Positions 26,201 to 38,200 of a stretch of 64,000 nt of DNA are shown here, one piece after another. Where the stretch lies: positions 1 through 64,000 of the forward strand of contig NW_026782942.1 in assembly GCF_031769215.1 (NCBI RefSeq), read 5' to 3'. Made by a program: the position numbers and the translations under genes. The DNA comes from Ylistrum balloti. Lineage: Eukaryota. The notes under the pieces are model-generated. The model made no database searches, was not told the origin of the DNA, and saw nothing but the letters and a program-made list of their open reading frames with translations. Every line of letters starts with the position of its first letter. The first letter of the stretch is position 1.

Positions 26201-29200
26201 TAGATTTTTCTCCCAGCAGATAAGGCCACAAAAAGTCCATATGCACAACACACTGGCCACTTACTCCTCTATGATTTGTGTTCTGTAAGGCGTTTGACCG
26301 AGTTTGGCGCGGGAAATTACTTAAGGAGTTAAATTTTAGATTGGTTTTAAGATCATTTTACTCATAGAAAACAAAAAATATTAACAGAGGGGTTTTATTT
26401 AACTTTTAAACCTGTAAAAGCTGGTATTACACGAGGTTAAGTCCTCGGTCCATTTTTTTTTTAAAATTTGTTTTTGCTTTTTTATTGATGTCAATGATAT
26501 AGCTGAATAATTAACAAGCAGAAGTATATTCTTGAAGTAATAGTAAATAACCTGAAAGACATTGCACAAAAATCACTGACTACTTAAGAAAATTATACAC
26601 CTGGGCAAATAAATAGGATATCAATGTTAATCCACGAAAACAGAATCTATTCTTTTCTTGAGAAAAAGAGAACAAAATAATCAATATATTCTATTTGATA
26701 ATCACACAGTGCAATCATGATACACAAATGTTCAGGTAACATTCATTACAATGTTAAGTGGTGGTCACACCATATCAATAATATCTTTAACATCTGTAAA
26801 GTGGGGCATCCCATTATAAGCTTTATGCAGAAACTGGAATTAATACTGTGAGTATTAGGCGAAATCATCATAAAATTTCACTAATATATAAAATACTAGA
26901 ACTCAAAACAACTGAATCATTGATCAGTTTATTAATAATGATGAGCATGTAAGACATTCTCTAAGAAATAACTATTCAGTCCTTCCCGTTGTAGATCTGA
27001 GAGTTACTCAATTTTGTTATTAACACCAAGGGAATTTAATTTACACGCTGATGATATAAACATCAACTCCGTACAATAATTTAAAAGATAATTCAATTAA
27101 TTGTTAACAACATGACATAAATTAACAATACATTTAAATATTTAGAACCACGAAAATATAATAAGCTTCTTTGCCAGCTTATACATAATGCCAGTAACAT
27201 AGATTCTGATCTATTTAATGATCACTATTATGACTCAGCAGCCTGTAGATGCAGTCATGAAAATAAAACTGTGTAACAAAATATATTTGAATGTCCACTA
27301 TATAATGGCCCTAGAGAGCAAAGGAATCAAAGCATAACAAATAGGTACAACAGTAGATCATCACCATTTTAACTTTGAAATGGGAGTGTAATATGTTGAT
27401 ATAACTTTTTTCCATAACGTAACTATCTGCATCAAATCAATCGATTTTAAAGTTTAACTTTCCTTATATTTAATATTTAGTCATTACCGGAAGCTGGTGT
27501 TAGCAATCTTTATCATAAGTATATATCGACAGTTATATTATAATTCTTAATTCCTTTTTTATAACAATTACATACAAGTTTTTTTCGGGTGATATTTATC
27601 ACCATTGTTAGTCCATGAAGGTTCTTGACGCTCTAAATATCTTGTGTTTATAAATCGGTTATTGTTTATATCGATGCGTAGCCGGAAAATCAATACACGC
27701 GTCAAAAAGCAAGTAAAACCGTAGGCATTGTTGGAAACAGCTGAACTAGTTTTATTGTTTGAAACAGATAGAATAGTTTAACTAGGCATTGGTAAATATA
27801 ATGTAAATATAAAAAAAATACTTGTGAAGTTTGCTAGTTGTTCATAAGCATTATTATGCAACCAGCATTGTAATTATTGAGAACATTCATGACTGTACTG
27901 TCGATTTATTTGGGAACAGTCGAAAATCTAATACGTACGTTGTTTAAGATCTGCCAATTTAGTGAAACACTTTCGTGTTATTTTGTTATTTCTGTTGCTT
28001 GAACTAGATCCTGATTGATCACCAAGTTAAATGTATATTTTTGTTTCATTTTATTGCAGGTTGTAGTTCCCAACCCTGATCCAGAGACAACTCTACTTCA
28101 TTTTCTGCGCACAAACTGTATCCTTAAATGTTATTAAGACATATACTGATGTATTGTATGTATTCTTTGTGAAAATTACATCAGGTTTCATAACAAAAAA
28201 ATAAATAAATAAGAAAAAGAAAGAAAAAAAAATAATAATAATGAAAAATAAAACAAACCCAGATTTAATCAACGTAATACATGTGCATTTATGCAAATTC
28301 ACTATCACAGTTCTGTCGTTCAGTTGTTTTCCCTCCCTCTTGCACAGACACTAATAGTTTCCAAATCTGCAATCATGGTGTCATGTATCTCAGCCTGCTT
28401 CCAACTATCATTAAAACCGTTTACCTGGATACATTCTATATCACAACCTTCAACAATCTTAGTATAAAGTCAGCGCTGTCATAAAATCATCTTTACTGAA
28501 ATATGGCTACTACAAAACAACGGACTTTAGATGATTCGAAAACGGACTATGAATGATTCGAACCTGTATCGAACTTTCAACCTTTAATACATAGTATTGC
28601 TTGTATATTAATAAAGTAATCCATGAAATTCAGTTCAGTTTAAGATCACAATTATTTAAACAAATAATGACAAAAGAATAGTGTTCTGGAGTCCAATACG
28701 CATATTGAAATAGACTTTCTAAAATCTATCTATTTACTGGTGATATTCACTTCTTTATGTATTGTAGATATTATGTAGTTTGATAGATTTCTTTAATTGC
28801 AGTTTAAAGCTACTGATATGCGTAAATAAAACGAAGTACACAGCAAGTGAAAATATTATATCGTATGATATGTATCTTGCATGTCCTTCAATATCATATT
28901 GCCTCATCTTTTAAAACGAAAACACGTAAACAGTGTTATGAAAAAAAGATCGTTGGAATGCACAAAGCTTAGAAATGTCAAAAATCTCCTGTCCATACCT
29001 CTAATAATTGCGACTATTCATGACAACTTATGTCACAAATACGACTAACTTGTTCACTTTGTTCTGAGCTTCTATAACTGGAGATAAAAAGCACGTGTTA
29101 TTGCTTATTATTTGTGTGTTTGTTGTTAATTCCAACCATTTGTATCCATTTGTAAGAGGTTGGATGCGCTTTTGTTGATTTGAAGGAATTAGAGATCAAT

Positions 29201-32200
29201 AACATTATACAAATCATAATATTTTAGTCACTAGAGTAATGTATTATGACAAAAAGTATTCATTTAGATAGCACTCGTATGTATCTTCGGACACATGCAC
29301 ACTGTACACATAATCAGTTGTCTACACAGTAGGAACTAATTTCATTATTAAAATGACAAAAAGCAATGTCTACATGCATACTCTACACAAGTAAATGTCA
29401 ACGAAATATACAAGTAGCAAAAACATCGCATATGGAAAGCACGATAGAATCTTTGTGATATATTTAATTTCGGTATGGCTGTTTTAAAAAAACGATGAGC
29501 TTGTAGCGTCATTTTTGGCAACCCATGTAAATAACAATATGTTGTAAACAGAAATAATTACGACGTTCGCACTATCTTGGTCTTTCATTGTATGATGAAA
29601 ATATCTTATGACTTTATAAACTAAAGGGATAACGAAACGCATGGCAATCTTTTAAGATGAATTTGGTCAAGACGTTGAGTATAATGTTCAATATTTTTAA
29701 GTACAGAAGAATAATCCATACAGAATAAACTGCAAAATCATCGATTTGTATCTGGTAAATGATTTAGGAGTAACTGAAGGGAATTGAAAGATAGCTCTGT
29801 AATTTGTAAAAGAAATTGACTGATTGAGGGATCTGGCTAATCAATACCGGGTATGTCCCCCATTCGCTCTCTCCACAGTCCTGATTCTCCTGAGAATGGG
29901 GTTCATGAGTGAGTTTATTCTCCTCAATGGGGTGTTGGTCCATTCTTCCTAGAGTGCTGCTCTCAGTTGGGCCAGAGCTGTATGGCGGTCAGTCTAGTAG
30001 GTGGATATTGTTATTAGTGAGAAAGTCGAAACAGATCCTCGCTACATGGGGCCGAGCATTATCCTGCTGGAATATGAGGTTGTTCTGCTGCAATAATGGG
30101 ACAACATAGGGTCTAATGATCTCAAGGATATACCTAGCTGTGCACAAGATTTTCCCGTTTCGTGCTTTCCCAGGAAGACATCGTCACGCAATACAACAAT
30201 GCAACATTCTACACAGCACCGCGTGAACTGTAGAATAGAGAGTTATTGACAGATTTTCACTGTTTTTGAACAACGCGTTTGCAAGTCATTGCAAATAATT
30301 TCACCCCACATTTTTTTAAACCCTTGAGTATATATCAAAATGTTCAATGTACACTTCAAATGTTATTACTTCTCCAATGGATTTTTCTCAAATTTCATAT
30401 TTTGACTCTTCTAGGTCGAAAGACTACGGCCATTTCAGATTTTTATCAATTTTGAACCGAGTCAGTTGTATCGGATGCGATATCCTTCGATGGAAATTGA
30501 GGCAACCAGCATAGGATTATATTACTTCGGTTGGCTATACCACAGACAGTGCAGTTATTGAGATTTTAGATTTTAGATTTGGTCTGCGCATTTGATTTCA
30601 TTGCTAAATCGCCCTCCTCGCTAAACATTGACTTTCATAAATGGAAACAAGTGAAAAAAACGAAAAAAAAGTCGCGGTGTACGTACTGAGTCTCCTGAAA
30701 GCTCTCATCACTTATTACCCTCGTAGTGAAATATTGATAATATTCGCGAGGTGTCAAAACGAGTACCGTCGTCTATACACTGCGACAAAGCGATATGTAT
30801 TTCGTTAATCAAACCTTTTCAGAAAAGAATAATGTTTGGTCGCTAAATGTTTTTATTGCCTAATTATTCAAAACTAAGATAACCTGTAATGATAATTTCA
30901 ATGGCATAATTGACTTTTACAGCTGTAAATAGAATGAAACTATTAACAACTTACATTCATGAGCGCGGATGGTAAGGAAACATTTCATATCCTATACATG
31001 AAATAGGTAAAAATTTGAAAAATCGAACATATTTGTTTCATAGTTATATCACATATATCAATTAACTAAATGATCGATTTCCTCCATAGAATAGCTAAAA
31101 CCTTATCAAAGCCTTAACAACAGAAGGAAATGGATATATTAACTAAACTGGTCATTCATAACACGCCTCTACATAATGTTGATAATAGATTTCACTTTGG
31201 TATGAAACGAGAGAATACTTGTTTATAGTTCAATCCCATAGATGTTCTTGTTTAAAATTGTTTAGTGATTTGTTCGAGTTAGTCCTTACCTCACTAAAGT
31301 ACGGTTGACGGGGACAAAACTTGGCTGTGGAGAAGGAGGATGTGGTGCATGTACAGTGATGATATCGAAGTACAATCCATCCACTAACCAGGTGAAGTGA
31401 GTATCGACACTCCTTATCAATAATTCGCTATAGAATTATGTAGAAAGGTCCATAGATACATATTTACTAAATCAATCAACACACATCAGGAATCTGTGTT
31501 TGTAACTCTTCGGGAAAGCAAAATGAGACATTTGGCCTATCCGCTGAAAATGGAATTATACGATACATAACTGCATAATGAAGTGAATCCTTCTTTGTTC
31601 CCAGACATCTTTCTGTCAATGCATGTTTGGCGCCGATTTGTTCACTTCATGGTTTAGCTGTGACAACAGTGGAGGGTATTGGCAGTATCAAACAGGGACT
31701 TCATCCGATACAGGTTAATGAGTTACTCTTACTGTTAATGTGTATGAAATTCTACAGAACAGTGTGATTCAGTGTCAATCTCCCTTCAATATTGTCTACC
31801 TTTAGTATAAACACTTAAAATCTTTATTAAAAATCGCAGTAAAAGACTGATAATCTCTAGTCATGTCTATTAGGAAACGGCGATATTAAACAACCATGAT
31901 TGTGACTCTGCATCCTTTCACATTAAAGGAGAAAATCGCCAAATCTCATGGATCTCAGTGTGGGTTCTGTACTCCCGGAATCGTCATGTCCATGTACACT
32001 CTGCTGAGGAATATTCAAAATCCGACTGTAGAAGACATGGAAAGTGCATTTGAAGGTCAGTGATTTAAAAAAAATTCTTTTTAATTCATAATTACGGTAT
32101 TTTGGCATGTACCAGTAATGTAACCTCTAAGATTCAGGTCCATAAGGACAAAAGGAAAATGTGGTTGAGTGTTCCAATCGTATCAGTGATGAGTATTTGA

Positions 32201-35200
32201 TTTATACCAAAATTAGTGTTATGACCGGATAATAGGACCAGTAAGGGGGGGGGGGGGGGGGTTAAAGCATAATATATAACTAACACGATAATAGGGCTAG
32301 GAGAGGGGGCGAGTGTTACCGTGTTATACATTACAGAGTATTGACAAAAATAGGGCAAGGAGGGAATGCCGTGTGATACATTACAGGGTATTGACAAAAA
32401 TACTCTCAACCCAGGAGGGAAGGAGAGGGTATATCGTGTCATACATTGCAGATTACTGACACTGTAATACGACCAGGAGAGAGGGAGGGGGTGTATCATG
32501 TCATACATTACAGACCACTGAGAAAAAAGAGTACCAGGAGGGAGTACCGTGTCACACATTGCGGAGAACTAACAAGATAATAGAGCAAAGAGAAGAGCAC
32601 CGTGAAATACAGTATGGAGTACTGGGACAGGAGGAAGGAGCGTGTGATACATTACATATTATTGAGAGCATAATAGGGCCGGAGAAGGTGGGTGTGGGGG
32701 TCTGTGTAATACATTTCATATAATTGACAGGATGATAGGGCCTGGGAGTGGAAAGTTGTTACCGTGTGATAAATTACACACTACGGACAAGATAATAAGA
32801 CCAGAAGGGGTTCCGTGTAATACGTTACGGAGCACTGACAGGATGATAGGGCGAGGGGCCTGGAGGGAGTTAAAATTTAAATCATCACGGAGAAATGCGG
32901 ATAATACACCAAGGAGGGAGTTAAATATTGCTTCAATAGGCCAGATGATTCTACAAGCACACAGTTATGAAAAAAGGGGGAAAAAGGAATACCAACATGT
33001 CAACAATATTACAATCAAATTCAATGAAATTATTGCAAAATTTGAACAAAGGAGAGATTTACACGAATGTTCTTGAAAAGGACAAGGATAATAAAACCAG
33101 GTGTTCAGGAAGAGTAAAAGTCTTCTGCTTCATCGACTACACCCGTTATTTAAATCTTTATCAAACCAAATAAGTTAGGTAAACGTAACAGAACTAGCAA
33201 GAGTGCACTCTTTCCCCCCCCCCCCGAGTTCAACTCTGTTCTTTACTTAGTTCAGATATTGTTGTTGTATCCGAAACCACAATCATATGTACAAATTTAT
33301 ACATATATCTGTTTTGGCCAGGTAATCTGTGCAGGTGTACAGGATACAGACCTATAATTGAAGGGTTTAAGGACTTCACAAAGGTGAGTGTTAATTTAAT
33401 CTAGTCATTGTTGAATACGGTTGGTCTGTCAAACATTCGTATCTAGATTTCGTTCCTGTACAATTTTATCATCTGTTCATTTCTTTCATATAGTTTCACA
33501 TCTGTCGGGTAACTGATTTGCTGAGCCGTTTTATAATATCTGATATGTATATGCATTTTGTCACAAACGTGATTGCTAATTTATAGCTGAAGGATACACA
33601 TACATGCTGTTTTTTTTCCAGTAGTTCTCTAGTTTTTGTGTAGTTTCATCTGGAAGCCGTATATGCTTGACTTTTATAACAAAGTGGTCAGTTATCTATC
33701 GCTGTTGATACCAATAGAATTGCTTAACCTTCCCATTCTCTAATGTACGTTGTTTTCGTAAACATTGGTATTTTTTTTACGTCATCATTGTATATCTCAG
33801 AGAGCTTCACTGCATGACTTTTGCAAATACTTTGGTGTCATTTGTTTACTATAGGGAAGTTGTGCAATGGGTAAAGACTGTTGTCGGAACCAGACAAAAT
33901 TAAACAACAATGACTGTGGTCAAACAGTGGTGAACGGATATGACTCCGATGTTCAGGTATGTAATCTTGATAGCACACCAGCCTGTCATAATGGAAGTTC
34001 TTTAAATGTAAATGCAGTAAAATCAGCTGAAGTAGACAGGTATATGTTATTTTAGCATTTAAGAGGTTTTATTGAATTTGAAATGAAACTGTAAATTCCG
34101 TATACGCAAGCTTATAACATAGTAAACTACGTACTGACCAAGCTACACGTCAATTTTATCTAAATATAATTTTGTTTAACCGATCTACGCGATTGGATAA
34201 ACTCGGATCAGTTATACTTATCTTGCGTACGATTACTTTTCTGGATGTAGTAACAGGAAGGAAAATGATAATAATACATGCGTTCTCAGCTATAAACAAC
34301 AATTTCCTTGCGTTCTAAAATAATACTTTAAATTCTTTTATTCTATTTATTATACGTTTCAAGAAATTTATTGGATATATTCGATATTTCACTGTAAGGA
34401 AAAAACAAAAACAGGTAGTCTTTGTTTGTGTAGTCCTTGGGCTAAAGCAACATTTTTTGCAATGCCTGTGTGGAACCTAATGTGCTACTTATTGGCCTGT
34501 AGTCTACTTCGTATGAACAGTAGCCTTTTTCCCGTGCTCTACCAGTGAACTAGGGTGTAAATATTTGTCTACACAAAACTGTACACATATTTTGGATGTA
34601 ATAAACCTAGTTTTCATTCTACTGAACGTAGCGTCTTTGCAACAACTGATGTGAGTGAATACCTAATAACTGTTATGTTTTTTAACACATAGATACATTG
34701 TTCAAGATTTACTTGCCGCAGTATATGCTATTTCAAGTCATATAAGGAACATCTGAGGATGTCATTATCAAAAAGTTCTAATTGACACAGAAGTTTAATC
34801 TACAGTTAGATAAAAACAAACAGAAACTAATCGACTTCTTTGACAGATGCCTTATAAGCATGCTTATTTGTATATGTGTACTGCAGAGCAAAACATCGAT
34901 AATCTACTATGCCGCATTTGTACAGTTTCACACAAATAATACTGTCGTCGCTCTCGATCCTGTTTGGTATAACTTAGAGTGTAAACTGTTGATTGTATGA
35001 CAAGAGATCAGCAAATTAAAAGCATTAGTGGCTGTAACACTTAAACATCAACAACCGGACATTTTGTGACTTGATATTAGATGATTTAGAGAATTGTTTA
35101 TGACCAATTTCCAAGAATACCAAGATTTTTCCGCATTAGTGGATTAACTAGGGAAGCCATATGCCAAAGATGGGGTCAATATTTGGCCCCCACATAGATT

Positions 35201-38200
35201 TCTATTATTTTTCCGCCATATGTAGATACATGAAAATAACCTATAACCGCATAAATGATTAGTCATTATAACTGCTTATAGCATACTGGACCTTCTTGTA
35301 TAACAACATGTTGAGGGACAAAGGTACCTTAACATAATGATAAAAACTTGCTACATGAGAATTATCAATGAAAATATTTATATACCAGCCTAAAGTACAT
35401 AAAATGTCTGTTATTTGATACCACATATGTTATATTGGCATACAAAAAATGTAAGCATATTGATAATTTTGATTTAAAAAATGCAGTCTATATTTCATAC
35501 TTCTTAAAAACTTTCTACGTATATATTCTGTCTATTGAATAAATTTCAAGTGATTTCAAAACCGGTAAAATATATTTTTAGCAATTTAAACATGCTTATT
35601 GCATTATTTGCCATAATCATGAAGATCGTTGTTTTTTTTTGTGCCAACTACTGCTATATTTTCCAGTTTTGTGCATTGCCAAAGCACATTAAGTATTTTG
35701 TATTTGTTTTAAAATTAGATTCAGAAGGTATAACTAAACATGGTGTTTTTTGCACTAGAAATCTATCCTCTACAGAACAACTGACAGTTTAGTTTGTGTT
35801 ATAAAAGCTTAACAATGATTTAATTATTAGTATTACTGATAACATAATATCGTCATTTAATTTTTCGTTGTTTATCATTAAACATAACAATAATGGATAT
35901 AAATTAGTTAAATATTCTAATTAATAATTGATAAATAAGGCCAGAAATGATAACGTTGTCTGACACCTGAATGTGCCAGTATGTTAACTTCCTGAAACAT
36001 ATAAAGGTATTACTATAAAGTATTCATACCATTTTTGCTAAGTATCTATAGACAATTACATAGACAAAGTTACACTTATGTCAGACTTTCTGTATTAAAT
36101 TCAAATTACTGCCATTCTCCCCTCAGGTTTACTAATAATCATGTCAGACGTGTACATAGGTCGTAGTTGCAAAACCAGGTTGAAAGATTTATCTCAAGGA
36201 ACCAGCGCTCAAGTAAGACATGTATATTTACCCTAGTATAACTGGCTGCACCAGCTGCTGACTGCAGAGATCACTAGCATAACAGAAAAAAACATATTAT
36301 GTGGAAAGTGCTACAAGTGGCACCTCAGGCAAAGGCCATTGCATTCTGAATTGAATGAACCTTCTGGTATGAACACTCCAGATAACCTGGGAATGATGCA
36401 GATGATGCTTACATTGATTTCATGTCATCCAACCAATTACCACTACTCTCTGTTGAGAAATTATTTCATGGTTGCAATTCACATAAAAGATTTGTCATAT
36501 GTGGAAAATGGGGCACTTAACTATGCACTATACCCCAGCGTGCCAGGACAACCTTGATATTTTCCATTTTCTATGGTGGCCCCCAGATTCAATGACCATG
36601 TAATTGGTGATTTTCTTAATCCTTCTTTGCCACTAGATCTGCAAACAATGAACCGTTAATTCTTCATCTTCAAGAAAGAGCTAATCAGGTTATCAACGAC
36701 CTTTTTGAACTATGCCTTTTCCTTTCTGCTGGTACTCAAACCAACACCTGCATAGATGTAGACCATCGCAGAATTGAAGAATTCCAGGCATGAACTGGTT
36801 ACACACTTGAACAAATGCAGCAAATCCGTAGCATTTGTTCCTCACACATCAATAGAGGATCATGTTTCTCTACATTCCATGCTTTGTTTCCTTTCTGGGT
36901 TAAACTGAAGACCAATATTTCATGGTCTGAACTTGGTTTCTTCTGTGGTCTGAAAAAAAAAAAAACAGTATGTGTCACACACATTTAATTGTGTCTTAAA
37001 AACCTTGGGCGAGACAATTTTGCCCCGTTTCCTTGGTTCAAGACGCATTACCCGCGAGGAAGCTAAGTGCCACAACACTGCCTTTATAAGATGTTTATAC
37101 GGGAAGAAAGTAACTGTAATCCTTGATGGTACCTACATTTGCGTAAAAAAAGAGCTGATCACCCCCTTCAAGGTTCCTCATACTGTGGCAAAAAGAAGCG
37201 CAACTATGTGAAATCCATGAACCTTTAATTTCCAGATGGTTATGTACTAGACGCTATTGGGCCATTATATGGCAATGGAAATGACGCAAATATCTTGACA
37301 AAAATTCTTGTAACAATTGAGAATCTGACTGTGGCTCAATGAAGATGGCAATGTAATTGTTGATCGTGGGTTTAGGAATGTGTTGAAGCTGCTGTGAGGT
37401 TCAGAGTTTTCTGTGTACATGCCTTCCTATCTTCTGTCAGACACTTACTGTACCAGTGGAAACTGTTCAGAGAACAACTCAGCTCAAACTACTTCACTAG
37501 TGTCATAGAGGAACTGGTTAGAGTAGCTAATGCTTCCTTGAATGCTATACGTGGACCAATTTATGTGTCCAAACCAGAGAGGGACTTGAGGGACCGTTGC
37601 CTTGCTGAGCGAATGCAATCCCGTTTGGCTCTGCCCAACACCTTGGCCTCAATAATTGCAGATGAACCTGACCTTTCTAGGCGCAAAAAAGCCAACTGCG
37701 TGAAACTTGATGCCTGTTCAATAGAGTTTTTGAGTAGCACCCATATACATTGCTGAGCAGCTGACTCCTGCTGGAGACTATTACTGTACATAATATATCT
37801 TATAAGGTCACTTTATTGATCCTCATCAAACGATTTGAATAAAGCTGCTAACTTGATCTTCAAATTGTGAAACTTGCACAAAAATGTCTTTGTTTTAATA
37901 AATTTCATTTGTGTGACCTTGAACAGAGGTCAAGTTAAGAAATGTCAACCAAACTTATACAAATTGACATGAACAACCACCTTTTCATACAGCAAGACCT
38001 ACAGACTTTTGGTTATTAAGCTGTCATTATTTAACGAAAATGGAAAAAATAGATGCTTCTTGGTTTTTTAAGCAAATGTGTAAAATGACAAATTTACCGG
38101 TTTTCGTTTTTTCCAAGAATCCTCCATTTGGAAGATATCATCTGTGGAAAACTTTTAAGCAAGTAAGAAAAAGGACTGATTTCCGAAGTATGAATATTGA

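Larger units (their letters stand above)
28118..31299 (+). other. U12-type (minor spliceosome) GT-AG intron, XDH intron 2
   Basis: 5' site GTATCCTTA; branch-site-like TCCTTAC at 31283-31289 about 10 nt before AAG; no polypyrimidine tract. Confidence 0.9.

Noticed and set aside
31905-31928. TCCTTTCAC near the intron 4 acceptor, resembling a U12 branch site
   Set aside because: The intron 4 donor is GTTAAT, not RTATCC; the motif is better read as a pyrimidine tract.
32200-32865. CRISPR-like repeat-spacer appearance (also considered for 8611-9590)
   Set aside because: Eukaryotic intron, degenerate repeats, short low-complexity linkers of unequal length, no cas genes.
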